DNA of 63,992 nucleotides, counting the filler, from Fonticula-like sp. SCN 57-25 (taxonomy: Eukaryota): the NCBI GenBank assembly GCA_001724245.1. It is 8 parts of 8 records of this genome, joined end to end, with 100 filler letters (N's around TTAATTAATTAA, not from the genome) between each part and the next. Parts side by side here need not be neighbours in the genome. Positions count along the whole stretch, not along the records: positions 1 to 7,604 come from MEDX01000350.1; positions 7,705 to 15,289 come from MEDX01000351.1; 6 more parts are not named here. The stretch is one strand, 5' to 3'. Below, piece by piece: positions 1-10,570 of this stretch. The position numbers and the translations under genes are program-made. Under the pieces are notes generated by a model. It was given only the letters and a program-made list of their open reading frames with translations, ran no database searches and was not told where the DNA came from. Numbering within the stretch: position 1 is the stretch's first letter; every line of letters begins with the position of its first letter.

Positions 1-2348
1 GTTCAAGGGCCAGGCGCGGTCGCCGACAAAGATTCTTCTTGTGCATCTTTTGTCGCGCCTGCTTTCACTGCTTGACCGCCAAAAGGAACATTTCGACCTC
101 GCGCTTGCTCGCCAGGGTCGCGGCGACCTCCTCGTCCTCAAGCTGGCCGACCTTGTGCGGCTCATGTTCAATGCCGCTACTGGCACGATCCCCGAGCTGC
201 GCCTGGCGGGCCTGCAGCTGCTCGAGGACATTGCCTCGCGCTTTGGCGCGTCAATGGACCCCGACTATGAAGACCACTCGATTCTCGAGCAGTACCTCGC
301 GCAGATCATGTCGACGCTGCGGCCGGCGTTTGCGGCTGATGCGCCGCCGCTCGTCACCGCCGAGGCGTGCAGGGTGGCCGCGGCGTACCTCGAGAGCGGC
401 GCCGCAGTCGAGTCGTCCGACATTTCCCGCGTCGTCAAGCTCATCACAAGCGTGGTCGCCACATCGGAAGCCGGCGATTCGGCGGCCGAGCCGACGGAAG
501 GCGACGAGCAGGCACCGTCGTCGGTGTTCCGCCTCAAGATGCACATTAGCCCTTTCGAAAAGATCATTGTTGAACTCGCTTCACTCTCTGCCTCGGCAAC
601 GCTCTACTGCAAGCCCGCCTTTGCGCCCTACCTCAACCCGTACGCAAGAGTTATTGAAAGTGTGTTAATTAATATTTCCGTAGGATGATCGGCGATTTGT
701 GTGCCGCTTGGCTGCGCATTCTCGGCGAGTCTGTCGTGCTTGTTCAGCCGCTCCCTGTTCTTGCCGGCCGCGCCGACGCGCAGCAAATGGACCCTTCTGT
801 GGCGCGCCGCGAACTTTGCCCGCGTTACTCTACCGCACGGCCTCTTATCCTACACGCACTTTCAACCGTCCCCGCCGACGCGATCGCCGCTTCGCTGTCT
901 GCCACGCAGGGCGGCTACGCTCTTCTCTTTGGTGTGTGCGTCGAGTCGGTTTCAGCGCCGACGCCGTCGGCCGCCTTGCCCGCCCTCGCGCTGCTCAAGT
1001 CACTTTTGAAGCCCACGTGTGCTGGCGGGCCGACCTGCGCGGCGCTCCCGCGCGACCACCTGCATGAGCTGCTCGGCATTCTGCGCTCGGTCGCCCGACT
1101 CGATGCGCAGCAGCAGCAGCATGACGTCACGGCGGCGATTGTCGGCTTGATGGGTAGCCTTGTCGAGGACTATGGCGAGGCGTGGCTGCTTTCGAGCGAC
1201 CGTGCGGCGGGTAATGCTCTGCTGGCCGTGTGTGCTGCTGTGGCGGCGGGCGCCATTCCTGGCTTTGTCAATGTTGCAAGGGTGTCGACGGTGGCAAGCG
1301 ACAAGGGGAAGTTGAGTGAGGGGACTGTAACGCAGCTGCTGTCTGTACTTGCTGCCGTCGTAAAGTCAAAGGGGGCCGACGCGGCAGTCACTGTTGACGC
1401 GGCGGGACTCGTAGCGCTCATCGCTCGAGGTGCGAATTTGGTTTCTTTTCAGTCGATTTCTCACCATGTTCATTTTTCTTTCTCCTTTTGCTTTAACTTT
1501 TAGCTCTCTTTACTGAGCACTCGGCGACGGACGCCTTCCTCACATCGACAATGGCCGCACTTCGCGCTCTCTTTTCACAAGGCCCGCCCGAACACCTCAC
1601 TGCACCCGCGCGCTCCCTCGTCGTATCACTCTGCTCTGTCGTGCTCGCCGGCAGCCTCCCGCCGTCGATGCGCCGCCACGCGCTCCTCTGCAGCACAATT
1701 GTGTCTGTCGCGCTGCCGGCCTGCATCGATGGCACCACCGGCAATTCAGCCCTGCTGCAGCACTGTGGCGCTCTGCGTGCATCAATCACTGCTGATGATG
1801 AAAGTGTTCGTCTTGTTGCGCTGCAGTGCGCGCGCTCGCTGTTTGTGCTCGCCGCCAAGCCCGCCGCGCGCGCCGTCGGCCGCGCTTACGTCACAATTAT
1901 TTTCCCCGACGTTGTTTCGCTGCTCTGCGCAACATCTTTGTCGTCGCTACGGACACCCGACACGGTCAGTGAGGCGGCGCGCACGGTCGCCAGTCCGTTC
2001 CTTTCGTGGACTGCGGCCGAAGAAAAGGACGCGGCGGCGCAGCTCATGATGGTCGCCGTGCCTGTTCTTGTCTCGGCTGCGGACGCAAAGGCGGCGTCGC
2101 TCAGCGCGGTTGATGCGATTTTGCAAGTTGGGCCCGCGCACCCCGACGCGTTCAAGGCGGCCGTCGCGGCCATGCCGGGCGCGATGAAGGCAAAGCTGGA
2201 GGAGGCGGTCAGGCGAAGCGCGCAAAAGGGCACTCAGAGTGGTGGCGCGGTAAACCGCGTACAGGCAAGTGGTGCCACGCGGGCGGTTGCAAGGGAAGAG
2301 ACGGCCGCGCCGACGATTCAGCTCAAGATGGACTTTTCAAACTTTTAG
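1..2348 (+). CDS. HEATR5: HEAT repeat-containing protein 5 (HEATR5/Laa1-like), 3' part, spliced
   Basis: DLVRLMFNAAT...LRLAGLQLL, ILEQYLAQIMSTLRPAF and C-terminal PTIQLKMDFSNF* match HEATR5; introns near 640-683 and 1429-1503 join the three ORFs in frame; 5' end lies outside the window. Confidence 0.88.
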
Positions 2349-2641
2349 CGTGTAATATTGCCTGTTTCGTGTATGTCGGCGTCGGCGATGGGATTGATAT
2401 AGGCGCCGTCGTGCAGGACAACGGCGTGCTTGACTGCGGCGTTATTATTATTTTGAATGAATTATGCAATACTTCAAACACCAAGAGCCCTTCTCTGTTG
2501 TAGACCGACTAGAAAAATGAATGATATAGGGCATTTATTAAAGCAGTGCAATGCAATGAATAATTTAACAAAATGCATCAACGAAATAAAATATTAACTG
2601 CAGTGGCGAGTATATATAAACGATTGTACCGGCCGAACTGT

Positions 2642-3835
2642 TCATGCAGTCGGCTCCGACGCGGGAGCGTCCGCGGCGGGTTCGCTCTTCTTGTACTGCC
2701 ACAGCGTGAGCATTGGAGTGTCTCCGCCTCCCGAAATGTCTCCGCCTCCCGAATAGGCCGACGAATAGTCAACCGGGGGAGGCGGCGAGTAGGTCGAGGT
2801 GTAGTCAACCTGAGGCGGCGAATAGAGCGACGAGGGTTCAGGGGCGGCGTTAACTGGCGTCGGGTAAGGTACCTGAGCGGCGTTGTTCGGCATCGGGTAT
2901 GGTGGCTGCGCAGCGTTGTCTGGCGTCGGGTAAGGTGGCTGAGCAGCATTAGTCGGCGACGGGTAGGGTGGCTGAGTGGTGTTCGCCGCCGGGTAAGGTG
3001 GCTGAGCGGGCGTTGCGACTGCCTGGAAGGGCTGAGAGGGGAATGCAACCGCAGAGGGAGCCTTGTCAGTAGAAGATTCCTGCGATGGAAAGCCTTGCAT
3101 TGGGTAGGTCTGCTGCGGGTAATCTTGGATAGACTTGTCGAGGGAGATCGCGGCGCCGACAAGGGCGGCGTTTGCGGAGCGGAGCCTTCGCTCCTTTATG
3201 GACCGGCAACAACAGAATGTGATAACAAACAAGACCATTAGGGAGCCGATGACCGGAGCTACAATTGCCATAGGGTTGATTGGACGACCCTCGTTGGCGG
3301 GTTCGGCGTCCACCACCGCGAAGCAGTACTCGCCGGTGAACACACACGGGTCATACGTTGGGCACATGAGTTCAATAATCGGTGTGTAATAGGCGTGGAA
3401 GGGCTCGACCTCCACCATGCTCATCGGATTGGCGCCATCACTGTAACTTTGTGATTCCAGTGACGTCAAGGGGGGGGGGCTACACGACTGCTCGCCATAT
3501 TTCACCGTGTAGCGTAGAGCGCCGTGGCTGTTTAGCCTGTACCAGATAACGAACCGAGGGTTCCGCGACGCATAATAGCAACGTGCCCCCCATCCTATCT
3601 TCACAGAAGTGCTCACGGTTACCGAAATTGTCTCGCAATGGTCCCATCCGCTGATCAAAGTCTGGCTTGCAGTCTCAAACGAGTCAAGGGGGCCGTCAAC
3701 ATCAGCATCGCGCGGCGAAACACGAGCCGCCTGCACTGAATCAGCGTCCATCTTGACAAAGTCGCCCGTAGTCAGAGCTGACGCAGCCGCAATCGTCACA
3801 AACAAGCTCAGCAGCACAACTGCTGCCGGCCGCAT
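2642..3835 (-). CDS. Type I single-pass membrane protein, paralog 1 (signal peptide, 6-Cys ectodomain, TM, Pro/Tyr-rich tail)
   Basis: MRPAAVVLLSLFVTIAAASA signal peptide, hydrophobic IVAPVIGSLMVLFVITF followed by CCCR, NAAQPPYP repeats, ends PMLTLWQYKKSEPAA; intronless. Confidence 0.8.
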   Translation of the reverse strand: MRPAAVVLLSLFVTIAAASALTTGDFVKMDADSVQAARVSPRDADVDGPLDSFETASQTLISGWDHCETISVTVSTSVKIGWGARCYYASRNPRFVIWYRLNSHGALRYTVKYGEQSCSPPPLTSLESQSYSDGANPMSMVEVEPFHAYYTPIIELMCPTYDPCVFTGEYCFAVVDAEPANEGRPINPMAIVAPVIGSLMVLFVITFCCCRSIKERRLRSANAALVGAAISLDKSIQDYPQQTYPMQGFPSQESSTDKAPSAVAFPSQPFQAVATPAQPPYPAANTTQPPYPSPTNAAQPPYPTPDNAAQPPYPMPNNAAQVPYPTPVNAAPEPSSLYSPPQVDYTSTYSPPPPVDYSSAYSGGGDISGGGDTPMLTLWQYKKSEPAADAPASEPTA

Positions 3836-4295
3836 TGCCGCCGTCATCTGCCACCTGGCTGTCAGGCAGTGACAGTGTGATCGGGGGGGACCACCAACCC
3901 TAATCGGGAAAGTGTCTTTTCGCATCGAACCAATCACAAACGAGTATGGTGTGCGAAACGGGAAGTGTCCCAGGATAGCATCATTTTGGTGCGGCGGGCG
4001 GGCGGCTGGACCATAAAGCCACGCCACACCATGTCGGTTCATAATACCTTCATTCTTCAAGTGCGATGCCTCGAATGGCCTTCTCGGTGTATGATATTTT
4101 TATTAAGCTGAAGTGCGACAACGCAATATTTCGACAAAATGCACCACAAAGTCGGTATGACACGATCAACTGCACAAGAGAGAACCAGCGGCCAGACGAA
4201 GTAAATGGCAATCTGGCCGCGGTGAGATGATATTAACAGTAACTGAAGAAAAAAGTAGCAGAAAGTAGCATGACAGGCCGATCAACCTCGCGCCC

Positions 4296-5404
4296 TCACG
4301 AATTAGCGCCCTCGGAGCTGGGGGCGGGTTCGCTCTTCTTGTACTCCCACAGTGTGAGCATCGGGGTGACTCCGTCTCCCTGTGCCGGCGCATAGGCCGG
4401 CGGAGCAGCACTGCCGGCGACGGCCATCGTCGTGGAGGGCGCCGGTTGACCATTCTCCTGCGTGGGCTGCGCGAAGGGATTCTTTTGCGGCAGGTTGCCT
4501 TGCGCTACGTTGTTCTGCGGCGCATTGTTCTGCGGCGCGTTGTTCTGCGGCGCGACGTCCTTCTGCGCGGTACCCTGCGAGTAGCCCGGCGGCGGATAGC
4601 CCTGCGGCGGGTATCCCTGTGGCGGATAGCTCTGTGCCGGGTATCCTTGCGGCGGATAGCCCTGTGCTGGGTAACCCTGCGGCGCGTACTGCTGTGTCCG
4701 ACTACGGAGGCGCCCATGAGCCGGCGCCTGCGACAGAACGCCCAGATGCCAACCGAAATCATGATGAAGAAAACCAGCACAGCGACAACGACCACCGCAA
4801 TCATTTCGGGAGGAAAGGCCATGCCAGAGTCAAAAGGGGAGTTCCAGTTATTGGTCGACAAGTCGTCGTCAGGAATGGGCTCCAACGCCTTGAAGCAGAC
4901 CTCGCCGGTGAACGAGCACCTGGGGAACGCGAGGCAGTATATGCCCACCTTGGGGCTGTAGGACGAGAAACCCGCCTCAATCTCCTTCTCCCTCGTCGAA
5001 GAGCCACCATTCGAGTACGTGTCAGTTTCAAATGACATTACGTTGTTGTTGGCGGAGGGGCACTCTTCGTCGCCAATGTTCACCGTGTAGGGAAACGCGC
5101 TGCTGGGGACAATCGAATACTTGAGAATGTAAAAGGGGTTCGCCGACATGGTGTAGCAGGACGGCGTCGGTATAACGTTCACGGGATAACCATACGCCAC
5201 CGTTTCAGAAAATGTCTTGCAGTGGTCCCAATCGCCGGAATCGCGGGTCGAGCTACGACCCTCGGCGGCGGCATCGGGCGTTGATTCGCGCGCCCTCACA
5301 GAATCGGCATCTGCATCGGTCTTGAAATAAGCGCCGGTGGTCAGGGCCGACGCAGTGGCAAGCGCTACACAAACTCTCAGCAGAACAACTACCGCCGCCC
5401 GCAT
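4296..5404 (-). pseudogene. Paralog 2 of the same membrane protein family, frameshifted just after the TM (pseudogene or assembly error)
   Basis: Signal peptide, 6-Cys domain and TM are in one frame; the QGYPP/PQNNA repeat tail and PMLTLWEYKKSEPA are in another frame from about 4697; no intron signals at the junction. Confidence 0.65.
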
Positions 5405-5894
5405 TGCCGCCCACCGCTGCTGTCGGGCAAAGTGAAAGTTCGACACGGTTAAGGCCGAATCGGGAAAGTGAACGATCGCACTTTGGCGAATCGGACCAAT
5501 CACGGGCCAGAAAACTAACGAAAAGGGACTGTGTCCAAGGATAGCATCGTCGTGGTGGAGCCCCAAAACTAGTTTCCGAGAAATGCATGCTCTGTATTCA
5601 CGCCTAGAAAGGTTTGCACCAGTGGTCATGCCAAAATAATTGGGCGTTTTGCGCGCGGGGGGGACAGCGGAGTGCAAGAACGGTGTACGCGCGCTGGCCG
5701 CCGCCTCCTAAAGTGAATGAGCGAATATTTTGTGTGTTATAATAATTATTAAAACGAGGTTGCACGACATGGAACACATCAAAACGCAAAAAGCATACAA
5801 CGAGCATGCTCAAACAGCTGCATAGCAATTCTGGCTTGCGCCACATTCAAAAATATCACAAAAGCAAAGGCAAAATAATGCGCCCTCCAGTTGC

Positions 5895-6935
5895 TCATTC
5901 GCGCGGCTCTGACGGGGCAGCATCTTCAGTGCTCGCGGCAGGTTCGCTCTTCTTATACTGCCACAGTGTAAGCATCGGGATGGCTCCATCTTCCAACGGC
6001 TGCGCAAAGGCGGGCGAGTAGTCAATTGGCTGCGGCGCATAGGCCGGCGGGGCAGCATCGTTCCCGTCAGGCATCGGGGAAGGGTCCTGAGTGGTGATTC
6101 CGTCCGCCGAATTCGCCTTCTCCGGGTAAGATTCCAGTGTCGGAAAGCCCTCCATCGGGTAGCCCGGCTGTGGGTACTCCTGCGACGCGGAAAAGCCCTT
6201 GTACGACCTGTCGAGGGCAATGGCGGCGCCGACAATGGGTGCGCTCACGAAGCGTCGCTTGCAGAGACATAGACACAGCCAGACCACCATGCCGACAAAG
6301 AACAACGAGAAAAATATGGGCGCAAGCATCGCGTAATTGAAAGAACTGCCGGAAGAGGAGGGAGTGTCCGAGCCGTCGTCGGGATCGAACTCGACTTTAG
6401 TCAAAGCTCTGAAGCAGAGCTCGCCGGTGAAGGTGCAGGTTTTTGACGTCGTGTAGCAGGAAATGATCATCTTGGGCATGTAGGAGGAGAAGGCCGCCTC
6501 AAAGATCACCTCTTTCGTCGCGTTGTGGCCATTGTCGTACGATCGTCTATCATAGTTCATAACGTTGTTGTTGGCGGAGGGGCATTGTTCGTCGCCAAAG
6601 GTCACGTCGTAGGGATAGGAACCGCTAGGGTAAACCGAGTACTTGAGGATGTACCCAGGGTAGATCGACGTGCCGTAGCAGAGCGAGGTCGGCGAAATAG
6701 TCGTGTATTTATAAAACGGCACAGTTTCCGAGAATGTCATGCAAGAGTGCCAGTTGCGGGTCGAATCGCGGCCCTCAAACTCATCGAGAGACCCTTCAGC
6801 GGCTGCATCGCGTGGCGACTCGCGAGCTACGCTCGCAGACCCTGCATCGGCCTTGTGAAAGGTGCCCGTAGATAGAGCCGACGAAGCGGCAAGCGTCACA
6901 CACAAGCTCAGCAAGACAACTGTCGCCGCCCGCAT
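5895..6935 (-). CDS. Type I single-pass membrane protein, paralog 3
   Basis: MRAATVVLLSLCVTLAASSA signal peptide, same six Cys, TM followed by CLCLCKRR, PPAY motif, PMLTLWQYKKSEPAA. Confidence 0.8.
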   Translation of the reverse strand: MRAATVVLLSLCVTLAASSALSTGTFHKADAGSASVARESPRDAAAEGSLDEFEGRDSTRNWHSCMTFSETVPFYKYTTISPTSLCYGTSIYPGYILKYSVYPSGSYPYDVTFGDEQCPSANNNVMNYDRRSYDNGHNATKEVIFEAAFSSYMPKMIISCYTTSKTCTFTGELCFRALTKVEFDPDDGSDTPSSSGSSFNYAMLAPIFFSLFFVGMVVWLCLCLCKRRFVSAPIVGAAIALDRSYKGFSASQEYPQPGYPMEGFPTLESYPEKANSADGITTQDPSPMPDGNDAAPPAYAPQPIDYSPAFAQPLEDGAIPMLTLWQYKKSEPAASTEDAAPSEPRE

Positions 6936-7334
6936 GCCGCCCACACCTGCTGCCGGCGGTGAAAGTTCCACGGCTAAGGCCCAATTGGGAAAGTTTACGA
7001 TTGCACCTTTGGTGAATCGGACCAATCACCAACCTTAAACGTAGCGAAAAGGGAGTGGCTTTGGATAGCATCGTTTTGGTGCATCCCCATTGAATGGTCG
7101 ATACTTGGTATCAGACAGGCTTTACCCACGTTCTGAAAGCCCGCCAAATCATGTTGAAACCTGGGTATGCTACATAGTGAATTGAGGCACAAAAAATGTT
7201 CCATTGAACAAGGGCAAAGTGACCACCTATTGCTATGAAACGTATGGTGGAAATATCATTTTATGCCACGTTTGTCCAACGCCGTTTCAAGGACCTGCGC
7301 GTCATCGTGCCGTCATGAGTGAACGTTCCGCGCG

Positions 7335-7604
7335 ATGGGCGACAACGGCGCGCTCGAAGAGCTGAGAACGCGCATAGACGACGTTGACCAGCGCCTCGTC
7401 CACCTTCTGAACGAACGCGCTTGCTTATCAATCGAGATCGGCGAGTCCAAGCGCGGCAAGCACGGCGATCCGTCCCGCGATGTCTACCGCCCCTCCCGCG
7501 AGCGTGTCGTCTTTCAGCGGATCTCTGAGCTGAATGGCGGCCCTCTCCCCGACTCTGCCGTGACTGCGATCTACCGCGAGATCATGTCGGCGTCGCTCTC
7601 CCTC
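7335..7604 (+). CDS. pheA: AroQ-type chorismate mutase domain, likely the N-terminus of a bifunctional chorismate mutase/prephenate dehydratase (truncated)
   Basis: LEELRTRIDDVDQRLVHLLNERA...VYRPSRE...NGGPL...IYREIMSAS is the P-protein chorismate mutase signature; cut by contig end. Confidence 0.8.
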
Positions 7605-7704
7605 NNNNNNNNNNNNNNNNNNNNNNNNNNNNNNNNNNNNNNNNNNNNTTAATTAATTAANNNNNNNNNNNNNNNNNNNNNNNNNNNNNNNNNNNNNNNN
7701 NNNN
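7605..7704. other. Artificial contig spacer
   Basis: N44-TTAATTAATTAA-N44, a six-frame stop linker. Confidence 0.98.
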
Positions 7705-7818
7705 CACCCAGAGACTCTTGATGAGCTTGATGAGGTCGGCAGCGACGGCGCCATCCTGTCGGGCGCCATCGGCGTCGGCAGCACACGCCTGATAGACAAC
7801 CTCGTTCTCAAGAAATAA
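7705..7818 (+). CDS. panC: Pantoate-beta-alanine ligase (PanC/Pan6), C-terminal fragment
   Basis: Plus strand reads PETLDELDEVGSDGAILSGAIGVGSTRLIDNLVLKK*; RLIDN is the PanC C-terminal motif; not in the ORF track. Confidence 0.8.
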   Translation, partial: HPETLDELDEVGSDGAILSGAIGVGSTRLIDNLVLKK

Positions 7819-8083
7819 CCAGTCAGCTATTCGGAGCGATGAATTGCGTCCCTCCACATCCCTCTTTGCAGTAAATGACTATACATCATGAATATATTTA
7901 CATTACATTTGAGCGTATATTTATTACATTTCAGTGTGCGTAATATGTAGCGCAAACGAGTCGTCGACGTTCACATGTCGGATTGATGAATCCGATCCAG
8001 ATCAAAGATCACGTGAGTTTGATCAGCAAATCACGTGACGTGCACCTCAGCCCACACAGCGCGTCGGTTGTGCGCCCTCGACG

Positions 8084-10450
8084 ATGGTGGTGGTTGATTT
8101 GCCCGTTCAGACGGTGCTCAAGGCGCTCGCGCGCCGCACCAAGCTTGTTGGCGGCTCTCTCCTTGTGAGCGCCGGCATCTACTTTTACGTGCAGCAGCAG
8201 AAGCATCGCCGCACGGCCGCCGCCGCCGCCAAGGCCAAGCGCCGGGATCAGGCCGCGCTCGCCGTTCTGGCCTCCTCCTCCTCGCCCGGCGCGACCTCCT
8301 CGTCTGCCCCTCGCGCGCGCCGCGTTGGCGTCGACCGCGTCTTCCTTGGCCAGCTCTCGCGCCTTCTGAAGATCTGCATCCCCGGCGTGTTTTCCCGCGA
8401 GTTTTCGCTCCTCGTGACGCTTGCTGTTGTGCTGCTCGGCCGAACGTGGCTTGACATATGGTTCTCTGCGTTCAACGGCGAGGTCGTCAAGGCAATTGTG
8501 ACGCGCAACAAAAAGGCGTTTATTCGCAAGGCGATCATTGAGTTTGGCCTCATGATGTGGCCGATGTCTGTTGTGAACAACATGCTCAAGCTGACGATCT
8601 CTGCTCTGGCCGTGTCGTTCCGCACTCGCCTGACGCGCCACGCGCACGAGCAGTACCTCAAGGGCCTTGCCTTCTACAAGGTGAGCAACCTGGACAACCG
8701 CCTGTCGAACGCGGACCAGCTTCTGACCCAGGACATCGACAAGTTTAGCGAGAACCTGAGCCACCTGTACTCGGACATTGCCAAGCCGCTCGTGGACATT
8801 GTCCTCTTTGCCGTCAAGCTCGGCCAGGCGCTCGGCTCGTCCGCGCCCTTCTATATGGTCAGCTACTTCCTCGTCGCGGGTATGGCGCTCCGCTTTGTCT
8901 CGCCGCCGTTTGGCAAGTACACGGCGCAGGAGCAGAAGCTCGAGGGCGACTTTCGATTCCACCACTCGCGCGTCATCACCCACTCGGAGGAAATTGCTTT
9001 CTACGGCGGCAACGAGCGCGAGCGCGGAATCATCAACAACAGCTTTGAGGCGATCAGCAAGCACATTAAAAAGATTTACCAGATGCGGTTCGCAAACGGC
9101 GTCGTCGACTCGATCCTCGTAAAGTACTGCGCCACAATGACGGCGTACGTGCTGCTGTCCAGGCCAGTGTTTGACCCGGAGGCGGCGACGGATTTGATGG
9201 GCGCGGCGGGAGCGGACGCCACGCAGATCATCGAGGACTACTCGAGGAATTCGGGCTACCTCGTCAAGCTGTCGCAGGCGGTCGGAGCGCTCATGATGTA
9301 CGGAAATGTTTGTGGGTAGTGGGTGGGCTTTTGGTGTGGTTTTAGTGTTGTTTTGGTGTAGTTTTGGTGTGGTTTGGGTCATTTTCATGACTTCGATTTG
9401 TTTTCTCTTTTCTTTCCCGCGTTTTCTTACCCAATTTCTTCTTAGGGAGGCGCGTCATCTGTCCCAGTTTGCCGGCTACACTCACCGCGTCGCCGAGCTC
9501 TTTGACGTTCTCGCCGACGTGAACAGCGGCAAGTACGAGCGCACCATGGTGACCACCACCGGCGCGCCTTCCACCGCCGCTGGCACCCGCAAGACGGTCG
9601 ACACGAACGAGCTGCGCGGACGCCGCATCCTTCAGGACCACGTGCGTCTCATTTTTTACCCGTTATTCTCTTTCTAACATGCCCGCCAGATCATCAAATT
9701 CGAGAATGTGCCTGTTGTGACCCCGAACGGCGACGTTCTTGTGCGCTCGCTCAACTTTGAGGTCCGCTCCGGCATGAACTGCCTGATCACCGGCCCGAAC
9801 GGCAGCGGCAAGTCGTCCCTGTTCCGCATCCTTGGCGACCTTTGGCCCCAGTTTGACGGCGTGGTCACCAAGCCCGCGCAGTCGAACCTCTTTTACGTGC
9901 CGCAGCGCCCGTACCTCGCCGTCGGCACGCTGCGCGACCAGGTCATCTACCCGTACACGCGCGCGCAGGCGCAGATGCAAAAGGGCACGGACGACGCGGC
10001 GCTCGTCGAGATCCTCAAGGTCGTCCACCTCGAGTACCTGATCACCCGCGAGGTGCGCTCCTTGATGTGTGCAAACTGCAAACTGACACTGTGCAGGGCG
10101 GCTGGGATGCCGTGGCTGACTGGGCGGACGTGCTGTCGGGCGGAGAGAAGCAGCGCATCGCCATGGCGCGCCTCTTCTTCCACCGCCCGCAGTTTGCGAT
10201 CCTCGACGAGTGCACGTCGCAGGTGTCGGTCGACGTCGAGGGGCTCATGTACACGCACGCGCGCGAGTGCAACATTACGCTCTTTACCGTGTCGCACCGC
10301 CCGTCGCTCATCAGGTTCCACGACTACCTGCTGCGCTTCAACGGCGAGGGAGACTGCACGTTCGAGCGCCTGGACCACTCGCAGAACGCGGCATTTACTT
10401 TTGGTCACGGAAAGACGCAGCCGCAGCAGGGGCAGCAGACGGCGGCGTAG
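8084..10450 (+). CDS. ABCD3: Peroxisomal ABC half-transporter, ABCD/PMP70 family
   Basis: [28 protein letters not shown], Walker [18 protein letters not shown] signature, AILDECTS; introns near 9298-9445, 9642-9689 and 10053-10096. Confidence 0.92.
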
Positions 10451-10570
10451 ACGCCTCTTGGGGTACTTTTATTTTGCGTGCGATATTGCTTTCACTCTTG
10501 CGCACCGCCATGGCGGTGACAAAAATGAGCACAAGGATTATAATATATATATATCAATTTTGTTTGGCAT

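Noticed and set aside
2860-3010. 33-bp and 15-bp tandem repeats (also 4505-4685) as CRISPR or satellite
   Set aside because: They are in-frame coding repeats of Pro/Tyr/Gln-rich tails with no unique spacers
7657-7857. Minus-strand 66-aa ORF in the ORF track
   Set aside because: The plus strand encodes the recognisable PanC C-terminus
8009-9388. Long antisense ORFs (also 18482-19393, 19902-20873, 42898-43929, 49697-51295)
   Set aside because: Shadow frames opposite well-supported genes, expected from high GC3 codon bias; no recognisable motifs
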